Shown here: in pieces, positions 11,190 to 22,266 of the stretch
Layout of the letters: each line of letters starts with the position of its first letter
Position numbering within the stretch: position 1 is the first letter of the stretch
Origin: Lytechinus pictus
Lineage: Eukaryota
Assembly: GCF_037042905.1 (NCBI RefSeq)
Contig: NC_087250.1
Coordinates: forward strand, 8,248,001-8,312,000
Reading direction: 5' to 3'
DNA: 64,000 bases
Notes under the pieces: model-generated
Told to the model about the DNA's origin: nothing
Seen by the model: only the letters and a program-made list of their open reading frames with translations
The model's database searches: none
Position numbers and translations under genes: made by a program

Positions 11190-13700
11190 TACCTGCTTGT
11201 TATGCTTAAGTTCTGTTTACGCGCAAACCATCCGAAAGGTACACTGATTCTTTGCTTCAACACAGTTTCCCCGTGTGCTTGTACGCAGACCATCATATAA
11301 GCAACAACAACATACTTCCTCATGTTGAGTCCATGACACTGAGACATGATTTACTTCAATAACCAGATGACACCTGCATGTCATGCTACACCAACACATA
11401 CTTAGCCGTGGGGGGGTGTCTTAACAAGTAAGAGCGCAAAAACTAGGAAGACTACGACACGAAGGCCGCTGCCTTCATAGCTGTGAAGGCAAGATCCGCC
11501 TCATCTGACAGAAAGTTTTAAAATAAAAACACGTGAAGAATTTGCAGAATGCCAACAGAGGTCCAAGGAAAAATCGTCAAGTGGAATTCCACGGAAGGGG
11601 TTCACAATGACTCGATACTCCTAGTATAGTGGGCCTTCGCCTGCCAATCTAATTGCTTCCTCATAACAGCGTGAGAGGAGCCGCGAGAAGCTGTTGAGAC
11701 GAAAGAAGACAGGGTCGATCAATTACGAACAACTCTGTCTAGACGAGGTACCAAAACGGACCAGACCAGACACCAATATTTATCCTCAAGAGAAGGAAAA
11801 ATCTGTAGGGGAGTAAAAAATGACTCCACAAAACCAGGCGCGACTGGTTGGTTCGCGTCTAAACGAAGGTGTGGGAATCATGCGGATTCCACGCCTCTCC
11901 CTCCTAATGACACCAGGTGTAATCCACAAACATGTAATGAGCTACGTCTCAGAACGGAGGCGCTTGAAAAAGAAAGGCTGTCTTGACAGATAAAATAAGC
12001 AGACGCCTAAGCCAATGGCTCCAAAGAAATTCAGTCAAAGATTAAAGAACGGCTTCTAGGCCCCATGACGATGCAAAACTAACTTAGACGGACGTAAGAG
12101 AAAAAAATCCAGACAAAAAATTCGGAGCAGAGACATAGAGGGCTGCAATGGCTGAGCAATAGCCATTGATGGTCTAAAACGAACCATCTTTGTCGAAAAA
12201 AACCTTGACAAGAAACCCTGCGATAGGAGACGCTAGACTAGGTCGAGAAATGTATAAGCCTATACTCGAGTCTCTCGGGCTAACGGCTAAAACTAAGCCA
12301 CCTGTTCGGAGAACTCTAAGGCCCCGCATCCTCCCCGAGAGCAGCCAAGTACTGCTGGCTCCAGATGCACAATTTCCGAGAGGGGTTGAGACACCAGGTC
12401 CGCCCTCATTGGAAAGGGTGAAGGCTTCCCCCTGAAGTAGGGAGAGGAGTCGGGGGAACCACAATTTCCTGAGCCATATGGGGACTATCAAGCGATAATG
12501 ATGCAAACAGAGGAAAGTGAAACATCTCAGATGCCTCCCGTGAGGGAAAATATATCAATGAAGGCAGTCTCTGTTCTTTCACCCAAGAACAGAACACCAG
12601 CAACCTGGTCTAATTCCAGCAGCACAAAAGGCCTTGGATCGATCAAGAAATCTCTAAGTGGAGAGAACTCTCGGAGGGCAGGCAAGCATGACTAAGGAGC
12701 TCGACTAGTGCTGTCCTGCCGGTTTCTGTAAGCCGCAGCAGACTTGTCTGCCGAGAGGATTAACACAGACCAGCCTGAGCCAACCAATATTTTCTGGACA
12801 GTGTCAAGGAAAGCTGAGGACAGCTTGTGTCTCCAGCACAATCATATGTGTGTGCGGCTGATATCAGATCCCCGATACCATCTCTCCCACATAGTGACCG
12901 CCCTAGTCCGTCGACACCAAAGTGGGCGGGGGAAAAGTGTGAAGTAACTTGCCAAACGGCGTGCAGGTCTATGTGGCTAGGCTGTGATGGATGACCGTCA
13001 GTAGGGGGATCCAAAACAGCGGGTCTACGTCAGGCTTGTAATGGCAAAGAAGATGCCTCTGGAATGGCCTAAAGGGTAGGCGACAGTCTGACAACATGTT
13101 CGCTAAACCAGCCATTGTGATTGAGCGTACCCAGTCAGAAATGGGTTGAGTGAACTGGCTGAGAATGATTAACTCCATGCCCCAGCAAGCGAGACATGGG
13201 AGATGAATACAAAACCTAACTGCAGAAGTATGGCGACCTCAGTTGCAATGTACTGTTGGAGGAGGATGGGAATGCCAGTGAGGTGGCTCAAACCTTGACG
13301 TGACATTGGAACAAGGCTTCTATAGAAAAAAGAAGCTGTTCCATATGGCGGATAGGGCAAATGCGTCACGCATTACTCATTCCCATGCGTAAACGAAGTG
13401 ATGGCTGACCACCCACCTCTGTCCTTGCCACCATGGGTAACTTCAGCTTGTGGTCTGGCTTATGATTGGCAGACTGACGGGGCGAGAGTCCCGTAGTGAG
13501 TAAGAGCAGTCGCAGTCGCGGGAATTGGGGAACACCCTCGGTACAGGCGCCGATGGGCAGGAGACTTGAAGTCCTATAAATGAGCCTGGCACCTGGTCAT
13601 GGCCATCGATCCCTTCTTTGAACAAGGCAAACGCCAAGCGTTGTCTCGCCTGCATATTGCAGTCATGAAGAGACTGCATGTCAAATCTGAAGGGTAACAT
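11190..13700 (-). mobile_element. Degenerate DIRS-type (tyrosine recombinase) retrotransposon fragment; copy at ~49005-51560
   Basis: Minus-strand motif relics in DIRS order: RNase H (VLILSADKSAAAYRN), methyltransferase (FHFPLF; LIVPIWLRKLWFPRLL), recombinase (TINGYCSAIA; EDKYWC; AHYTRSI). Many stops and frameshifts. Boundaries approximate. Confidence 0.65.
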
Positions 13701-13929
13701 TTCAGAAACTTTGACAGCTTTTCTATTGTACCATTGGCAAATTTGTGTGAATATTATAAATGGTGCCAAGAACTATAGCTCATTAAATATATAACAACAG
13801 TTTTTAAAGAATAAACAAGTAAAATACAAAATCTGGTTCAGGTATAGAGAGTACTGAGTTCTGAAGTAAAATGTTAGTGTTAAAAAGTATAAAATTATAA
13901 AGTTCATGTCACTAGAGGAACAAAGTAGT

Positions 13930-14752
13930 GTGAAAGTTCATTGACCTTTGACCTTAATCAAATTCAACTCACATTCGAACCTGACCTGCACCTTCAAGAG
14001 ATGGACCTCTGTTACGAGTTTGGCGATCCCACCTCGAAGCTATAGAAAGTTATTGTGTGTACAATATAACACAGTGCCAGTCATGGAAAGTTCATTGACC
14101 TTTGACCTTAATCAAATTCAACTCACATTTGAACTTGACCTGCACCTTCAAGAGATGGACCTCTTGTATGAATTTGGCAATCCTACCTCGAAGATATAGA
14201 AAGTTATTGTGTGTACAGCACAGCACAGTGCCAGTCATGGAAAGTGCATTGACCTTTGACCTAATTCAAATTCGGCTCACATTTGAACTAGACCTGCACC
14301 TTCAAGAGATGGACCTCTGTTATGAATTTTGCGATCTTACCTTGAAGCTATAGAAAGTTATTGTGTGTACTACACAGCACAGTGCCAGTCATGGAAAGTT
14401 CATTGACCTTTGACCTTATTCACATTCGACTAATATTCGAACTTGACCTGTGCCTTCAGGAGATGGACCTCTGGTATGAATTTGGCGATCTCACCTTGAA
14501 GCTATAGAAAGTTATTGTGTGTACTACACAGCACAGTGCCAGTCATGGAAAGTTCATTGACCTTTGACCTTATTCACATTCGACTAATATTCGAACTTGA
14601 CCTGTGCCTTCAGGAGATGGACCTCTGGTATGAATTTGGTGATCCCACCTCGAAGATATAGAAAGTTATTGGGTGTACAACACAATTGTTGACGACGCCG
14701 ACGCCGGAAATAGTGATACCTATGTCTCGCTCCGCTACGCAGGCGAGACATA
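13930..14752. repeat. ~154-bp tandem repeat (~5 units) with TGACCTTTGACC core ending in a hairpin; Helentron-associated (HINE)-like element. Shorter copy at ~51793-52321
   Basis: Units recur at ~13937, 14091, 14245, 14399, 14553. Terminal TGTCTCGC...GCGAGACA stem-loop. Confidence 0.6.
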
Positions 14753-16241
14753 AATGAGGCTGCTCCTCCCCCGAAGAAGTGCTTATCTTTCCGGGAGACT
14801 CCGGGATAAAGCCTTGAATGCCCTTGGGAATAATCAACTTAAAAAGTAGCTTTTCCCATCAGGGGAACCATGCCGTACCAGCCGCAGTGGTAGGCTGTAT
14901 TCACTGACCTGAGATAGCATAGCTACAAGAGGTATGCTAACGTTCTCAGTGACATTCAACTCTGATGCTTGTGCCTGTAAGCCCGGCGGGGCTCCAAGAA
15001 TGGAGTAAGCTCAACCGCTGAGCGGTATTAGCAGGGGTTTTCTGTACAGATGAGTGGGTCGGCAATTCATGACGAATCACCAGAGACTCTCCAGAGTGTG
15101 GGATGGCGGGCATGTGCTTAATCAGTGACACGACATTTGCTCCTGCGACAATTGCTCCGGTCTTAATATCTCAGAAGGCATATGACTAGAGCTAGGATTG
15201 TAATAGGGTTTTTGGTTCAGAATAATGTAAAGATAAGGATTGAGGTTTATTTAGTTTTTGAGGTTAGATTTTATGTTTCGTTTAATGTGCAAACTTTCCA
15301 TCGGAGCAATTGTCGCTGGAGCAAAAGTCAAAGAACCGCTTAATCTGCTTGGAGCTTGGGGACACCGGCGACAGAAGCTGATATGGAGCTGGGGGAATAA
15401 ACCCGCACTGCTCGATGGTGTTCTGGGGCAACATATAAAGTTACGACACCTGGCCATTGGCACAAGAATCAGAAAAAAAAAGGTTTGCCCGAGGTAACAA
15501 GGCATAGGCTCTGTCTGGGAGCAGAAGGGACAGGAGACTGCTATGACTGATGAGATGCAAAGCAACACCTGGGAACAAGAGAAACAAAATATCAAATTCT
15601 TGTAAGGACCCGCAGACGAAAGACAACATCACAAATCATACTAAAACCCATAAGGGTAAGATTGTGAGTTGCTAAATGTGTAAAGAGCGCTATAAACGTG
15701 AAAAAAATTGCTAGATTTAAAAGCATTTACATGTAGCTGGACATCCATTTATGATGGAGGGCGAAACAGAAAGAGGAAATAGGCGTTCCTTATATGATGA
15801 GCTGTGTACAAGGGCAGGGTAGACTGCGTGCTGGCGCAAAGAATTGGTGTACCTTTCGGATGGTCTGCGCTGTTTACAGCAGAACTTAAGAATAACAGAC
15901 AAATTCAAATCCAACGATTCAAATTCAATTTATTCTTGATTATTCATTAATACATAATCAAATTTAACATTCGCATATACAATAAATTGATATTACAAGA
16001 AAAGGAGGGCAACAAAAAAAGTTTACACTTGAAAAAAAAGCCTCCAAAAATATGTTTATTGAAGTACATTTTGACTAGTCAACTGATGCAAGAAAAACAC
16101 ATGCTATTAACAGTATACCAACACAATGCAAGAAAGAATAGAAATACCATAGAAATGTGGGATTATTATTTAAGCATTAGCAAGAACTTAGCTGATTAAA
16201 AAATGTACTATCTTGTAATGGTTGGCAGCTCAGTATGTACT

Positions 16242-16724
16242 GGGCCCCATCTTACAAAGAGTTACGATTGATGGGATCAATCGTAACTCTATGGAATACC
16301 ATCAGTGTCATAATTTTTTCTACAGGAAATTTGCACAATGTCTTTTGAAAACAAAGAGAAGTACAGCAAGTTTTCAAGAAAACAAGGAATGTACGAATAT
16401 GCATCATTGTTAAAAAATGTTTTGAACAAACATGAATAATTAAAGATGTTGCTGTTGCTGGCTTTCCATAGTTGCAATTGATCCCATCAATTGCAACTCT
16501 ATGGAATTCCATCAGTGTCATAATTTTTTCTACAGGAAATTTGCACAATGTCTTTTGAAAACAAAGAGAAGTACAGCAAGTTTTCAAGAAAACAAGGAAT
16601 GTACGACTATGCATCATTGTTAAAAAATGTTTAAACAAACATGAATAATTATAGATGTTGCTGTTGCTGGCCTTCCATAGTTGCGATTGATCGCATCAAT
16701 TGTAACTCTTTGTAAGACGGGGCC
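16242..16724. mobile_element. Harbinger-like MITE with internal ~230-bp tandem duplication
   Basis: TIR GGCCCCRTCTTACAAAGAGTTRCRATTGAT, flanked by CTG. Collapsed to a hairpin in copy B (53930-53995). Confidence 0.65.
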
Positions 16725-16785
16725 CTGATCTGTCCCAATGAACTCAGAGGCGTGCAAATAAATTTTCCTGCATGCTCGTACTTAC

Positions 16786-16859
16786 TGTATTCAAATTCTC
16801 TTTGTGTAACTCATTCTTCTCTGTATGACATGGATTGGGATTATGAACATCAGAAGATC
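16786..16859 (-). CDS. Gene A 74-nt exon (G)SSDVHNPNPCHTEKNELHKENLNT
   Basis: Acceptor TCTTCTTTTCTAG, donor ACA|GTAAGT. Converts phase 1 to phase 0 exactly as the model needs. Conserved and open in copy B. Confidence 0.78.
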
Positions 16860-16975
16860 CTAGAAAAGAAGAGATGGATTACTAACTTCACAAAGTCATA
16901 TATATATATATATATATATAAATGTAAACAGGCATCCACTCTTTAACATGACTACTGTGTCTTGTACGAAATACT

Positions 16976-17452
16976 TAGGCGAAAAAATCACAAGACGATT
17001 TGACGTTGCTTGGAAGACCACTATTTAATCAAGCTTTCGGCTTGTGTATGTATGTGTATGTATATGTGTATGTATGTGTATGTATATGTGTATGTATGTG
17101 TATATTTACATATTTATGTATATATATATGTAGATGTTTATGTGCATGTATTCTGTATATGTATGTATTTGCATATATTGTATACGTACGACGTCATTGT
17201 TACATGTGTTACTACACCTGCATTATATGTCCATATGTTCATCTGTTCCTCCCTCTGTACCATTGATTATGTTACATATGTTATTATATCAGTATTATAT
17301 GTCCATATGTCCATCTGTTCCTCCCTTTGTAGTACTGATTATGTTTCGTTCACTTTTGTTTATAGAACCCATGAAGAAGGCCTAAGGCCGAAAGCTTGAT
17401 TAAATAGTGGTCTTCCAAGCAACGTCAAATCGTCTTGTGATTTTTTCGCCTA
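16976..17452. mobile_element. Copy-A-specific insertion in (TA)n with 66-bp inverted repeat; Penelope-like terminal fragment
   Basis: 16976-17041 is the reverse complement of 17387-17452. (TGTA)n microsatellite inside. Hammerhead-like TGAAGA-AGGCCTAAGGCC-GAAA at ~17372-17393. Absent at ~54170 in copy B. Confidence 0.55.
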
Positions 17453-18281
17453 TATATATATATATATATATATATATACTAGTATATTGTTATAGAATGG
17501 GTACCATGCATGAGTAATTAATGACGCATGGCCAGCCTTGCATCCGGTAATTACTTATGCATGCTTTATTTACCGGATGCATGGCAAGCCAGGTGTTGGT
17601 AATTACTTATGCATGGTTGTACAAATTTTTGTTTTCCCCAGAAAATTATATCATCATATAAAACAAATGATACACAGGTTTGTTTGTGCATTGGTCGGAA
17701 TTCTGAGCATGCAGTAACTATGGAAACTAGTCTAAAACCACTCGGCTGGGCCTCGTTGGTTTAACACTTCCATAGTTACCTAATGCCCACAAAACCTACC
17801 AATGCACTCGCATCTAAATATCAATTAATGCCGTCGCCATTGCTCATTTAAATTACATACTCCACTTCAATTTGTTTGTAACATAATCTTCTGGAATCAT
17901 CATGTTCAAACAATGAATCAAGTTCAATTACAATCAATCAGCAAAAATTGTATTCTGACTCTGGACAATTGAGATCCTTCATACAACACTTGACTCATAA
18001 AATAGGCCTTTATACCTTATACCTTTAGACAATTGAAAATCACTTTAAAATCAAATTTGTAAATTTGATTTACAAATTTGAACATTTTTTGTCATAAGAG
18101 AAAAGCTCTCAACTAAGGAATGTACAGTCATATGGAAAAATATGCTGTACAAAAGACTTTAAGCATAGCACTCTTTAAAAATGTGGAGCAAATTATGCCA
18201 GGAAAACTATTCCCTGTTCAGTGTGTAACTTTCACCAAGGTGACATTATTTTATTTTCAAAGTACACAAAAAACAATTTAC

Positions 18282-18308
18282 CTTTGCATAAACGGCCAAA
18301 AACAATGT
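18282..18308 (-). CDS. Candidate 27-nt microexon of gene A, (D)IVFGRLCK
   Basis: CTATTGACAG acceptor and AAAG|GTAAAT donor, phase 1-1. Present in copy B at 54974-55000. Not required for frame. Confidence 0.45.
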
Positions 18309-18398
18309 CTGTCAATAGAGCAAATCACAATTTAACAGTGTGACCTTCTGTTGATTTTATATTGCTAGGTTACATACATGTAGAAACATGGTAATTTC

Positions 18399-18891
18399 CG
18401 CATACATTCGTAATTCCGAAGGTTCGTTAGTCCGAAAACGAAATGAGATTCGTAATTCCGAAAGTTCGTTAGTCCGAAAATGAAGTGAGGTTCGTAATTC
18501 CGAAGGTTCGTTAATCCGAAAACGTAATGAGGTTTGTAATTCCGAAGGTTCGTTAGTCCGAAAACTAAATGATTAACGAACCTTATTTCATTTTCGGACT
18601 TACGAACCTTCGGAACAAGGAACCTTATTTCGTTTTAGGATTAACGAACCTTCGGAACAACAAACCTTATTTCGTTTTCGGATTAACGAACCTTCGGAAC
18701 ATCGAACCTTATTTCGTTTTCGGATTATCGAACCTTCGGAATAACGAACCTTCGTAATAACGCCACAAATGTTCGGATTAAGGAACCCTTTTACGTTTTC
18801 GGATTAATGAACATCGAGGTATAGGCAATTTACGTGTTTCGGAATTACGAACCTTCGGAATAAAGAACCTTCGGAATTACGATGTGTAACC
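18399..18891. mobile_element. MITE made of inverted TTCCGAAGGTTCG repeats, 8-bp TSD; copy at ~55091-55564
   Basis: GTAATTTC direct repeats at 18391-18398 and 18892-18899. Left-half repeats are inverted relative to the right half. Confidence 0.7.
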
Positions 18892-18905
18892 GTAATTTCA
18901 CAAAC

Positions 18906-19001
18906 CTCTTAACTCTGTCCCCTTATCCTCACTTTCTTCTAAGATCTCTTTCTGTAATCCCTGCTGACGCTGCATGAACATTGGTGGGTTGACCTGTACC
19001 C
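18906..19001 (-). CDS. Gene A exon 2: aKRAB continuation (G)VQVNPPMFMQRQQGLQKEILEESEDKGTELR
   Basis: Acceptor TATACACAG, donor AGAG|GTTTGT, 96 nt, phase 1-1. PxFM motif as in the PRDM9 (RPAFM) and SSX (LPPFM) KRAB tail. Confidence 0.82.
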
Positions 19002-20031
19002 CTGTGTATATAAAAAAAAAAAAAAATCAACATTGGTATGAAACACCAATATTAACAAAAAACAAATTGAATATTATTCAAACAAATTTCCAATGAAAAG
19101 ATAATTAATCTGATTATTTATAATGTGCTTTATACATTGAACGTATCTATTAAGCGCTTACAGATTTACTTATTGCTACCCCTGTCGATAGAATCAATCA
19201 TTCATTCCTGCACACAATGTATGCACATTCTCCACTCCCTGGGAGTATTCCAACAAGAGTTCCTAGACTCAATATTTAGGCATACTAATTAGACTTTCAC
19301 ATATGCCTACCATATCACACCTGGGCCCAATATGGTAACTTTGCAATCCAATGGTAACAATGATCAACTGCCAATCAAAATCAAGGAATCCATGAAAGAT
19401 ACCATTGCATGGCAAAGTTTCCATAATGGTAACTTTTTATGCGACGGGGGCCCTGGATGGAGAGTGGCACAGTACGGATGGACACCTTGCGAAAGGACGT
19501 TAGGCTGAAGTGGGATTCACACATGTGAAAAGTGGCCTAGCTTCAAATTATTTAAGGTTTGAACTACCAATGCAGCATAATAGAACACCTCAAGATTCCT
19601 AAAACAAAAGAAATAAGACTCTAGTTCGCTGACATCATAGCTCTCACTTTACATACATTAGGTTGTTGTGAGCATGGAAAAGACATAATAGAACCAAACT
19701 TCAGTGACTCAATTGATAAAATTCTATTGGGCAATTTTAATATGTATGTCCAACCCCATGTTTGTGGGACCTTCATAAAATTTTCTGTCTCTGATTTTGT
19801 GTTCTTCTGACAGTCTGTAATGCTCTCAAATGATTATAAATTGGTCAGTTTATAAAGTGATGTAAAACTTGAGAAAAATGGGGGTCGGATGTGCAAAAAG
19901 GTTGATTATAGAATTGCCCTATTGACAACTTATTGTACAGTATGTTTCTCTCATGACCCCCAAATTTTCAACATTTTTTCCCCAGAAATAATGAATGGAC
20001 AAAAGCTCCATTGACAAATTACTGCACTTAC

Positions 20032-20167
20032 CAACTTGTATCATCATCTCATAGTTTTCCTTGACATTCTGGATACAAATCCTCTCGTAATCGCTGATAT
20101 CTGCCCATTCATTGGCTGTGAAGTAAACCTGGACATCTGAATATTCATCTATCTTTGGCTGAGGCAT
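20032..20167 (-). CDS. Gene A first coding exon: ancestral (PRDM9/SSX-type) KRAB-A box MPQPKIDEYSDVQVYFTANEWADISDYERICIQNVKENYEMMIQV(G)
   Basis: D..VYFT..EW....D.E....NV..NY.....G matches the KRAB-A/PRDM9 pattern. GCCACCATG start with an upstream in-frame TAA. Acceptor at 20215. Phase-1 donor G|GTAAGT in the terminal Gly, as in KRAB-A exons. Confidence 0.88.
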
Positions 20168-21149
20168 GGTGGCATCACTTTACTTGGAAGCCGAAGTGAA
20201 GGTACCAATATTTTCCTAGGATGGAGAAGGATAAGACGAGTACCAAGTCTCATGCTTTATGTAGGATTCTTGCTCATCCCCCCCCCCCCCCCAATCCCCT
20301 TCTCATGGCTGTATTAACAGTCTATCCCCAGATACACAATTTCAGAGACAGTCTCCAGTTTGGGAGACCCATTTCCTTTGTTTACATTTGCTGCAAAAGG
20401 ATTACCTTGGCGGCAAATAAAAATGTGATCAGCAGATTCCTCATGAAAAATTACCTCTTTTCACCATCTACTTCATCTACTTTCATTTTGATAAGGATAT
20501 TTGTTGTCACCCACACAAAACAAATGGGCTTCTGACCTCAGTGAGACAAAACTTGGGGTCATGGGTGGAAAAAAAAACTTTTGTTGGTGTTGTTTGTTTT
20601 GTTCTTATGTGATGCAAGTTTCCAGTATGGGAGAATATCTCTCATATTGGAGAGGGTCTCTGATATTGGCCGTGCGCCTCTACTAGTAAATGGGGATTTT
20701 ATAGTCTAGAAAAATGTCAGAACTTGTTAAATTAATCCAAAGAAACGACGGTTATTCCTGTCTAGTCTCTGCCATGTGATTCAACATGCATTTTATTTTA
20801 TGTAGCTCTATATTCTATACAATTTTGCAGCGGTGCGCCACTCGACGGTCCAACTCAAAGTCTAACAAAAAAGTGTCACAATGCCAGAGATCAGCGACTC
20901 AGCTCAGCCTTGTAAAGTTGCAAGTTGCAAGTTGCAGAGAGAGTCGAGAGACGCCGCAAAGCCAAACAAAGGCAAAGGAAAAATGCACCCATGGGTGCAT
21001 TACTGCCGCCATGTACAGGAAAATTGAAGGCACGGCACATGCAAAATTGCAACAAATTCCCATGAATTTCAGAAGAGGATTTATAAAATCAAGCCCTCCT
21101 ACGAAACTTACCAAACGATGTTAAGTCAATTCCCCCTAATATGATGAAT

Positions 21150-21410
21150 ATGATAATAATATGCAACATTTATATAGTGCTTAATACAAATGTTTCTAAG
21201 CGCTGCATACTATTACCCCGGCTTTAGCACGGCTACCCTGATTGGGCACTTCAAGGAATTTCTTCCTACCGGGTACCCATTTACTAGACCTGGGTCGAGA
21301 GTGGCAAATGTAGATAAACGCCTTGCCAAAGGACGGTGCTGCGGTGGGATTTGAACCCCGGACCTTGTGGTTCACAGTCCGGAGACTTACCCACTGAGTC
21401 ACAACACCTC
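21150..21410 (-). mobile_element. tRNA-derived SINE; paralogous copy at ~58318-58589
   Basis: Pol III box A (TGACTCAGTGG) and box B (GGTTCAAATCC) head, followed by a non-tRNA body and (TAT)-rich tail. Confidence 0.7.
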
Positions 21411-21714
21411 TACATCCCTTAAATAGTGTCATTTAAGCGATGATTTTCTTCTCGTTGACAAAACACGGAGCTTGCTTGTATTTCCCAAATTTTTCGTCTA
21501 ATTAGCTAGAGGGTGCGCGATTTATCTTCATATCAAAGACACTACAAGGGAAAGACTAGGCACAAAAACTATTTGCCACGTCCAGTCTGTGCCCAGATGT
21601 CAGGAAACTGCCACTTGTTAGACCTTCATCCATATAATCGTGGTAAGTGCATACTTTCTGTTTTCACAATTCATTTGGAGAAATATTTAGACCATAAATC
21701 ACGCTAGTCCCTAA

Positions 21715-22169
21715 CCCAGGGGCTTACCGTGTATTTGACCATAGTCATCGGACTAGGGTGATTTATGGTCTAAATATTTCTCCAAATGAATTGTAAAAAC
21801 AGAAAGTATACAATTACCACGATTATATGGATGAAGGTCTAACGAGTGGCAGTTTCCTGACATCTGGGCACAGACTGGAACCTAAAAAAACCGAAAAGTT
21901 CTCTCCTTCTACCCCCTGCTCGATCGGCCATTTTTGTTAAAAATCGTAACAAAATGGCCGATCGAGACTGGGTAAAAGGAGAGAACTTTTCGGTTTTTTT
22001 AGGTTCCAGTCTGTGCCCAGATGTCAGGAAACTGCCACTCGTTAGACCTTCATCCATATAATCGTGGTAATTGTATACTTTCTGTTTTCACAATTCATTT
22101 GGAGAAATATTTAGACCATAAATCACCCTAGTCCGGTGACTATGGTCAAATACACGGTAAGCCCCAGGG
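21715..22169. repeat. Near-perfect ~455-bp palindrome (MITE-like), with a third partial arm at 21581-21711; related element at 59810-60254
   Basis: Arms mirror each other around ~21942 (GATCGGCCATTTT / AAAATGGCCGATC). Confidence 0.8.
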
Positions 22170-22266
22170 CTCCCGCCCGCTGCGCGGGCGGGAGCTCCCT
22201 GGGTTAGCTAGTCCCGTGAGTATGGTCAAATACACGGTAAGGCAAGCCCCTGGGCTCCCGCCCGCT

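Noticed and set aside
13930..14700. CRISPR-like array (also 18399-18891)
   Set aside because: Units are fully repeated with no unique spacers, there are no cas genes, and the context is eukaryotic.
17000..17399. ORFs rich in CVY/MY repeats
   Set aside because: Translations of a (TGTA)n microsatellite.
671..20167. Calling the genes PRDM9
   Set aside because: No PR/SET or convincing SSXRD exon found. EYDDDGNLLCE only loosely resembles PRDM9 PQDDDYLYCE, too weak to assign the symbol.
21340..21410. Functional tRNA gene
   Set aside because: The A/B boxes continue into a SINE body and tail with no clean acceptor stem.
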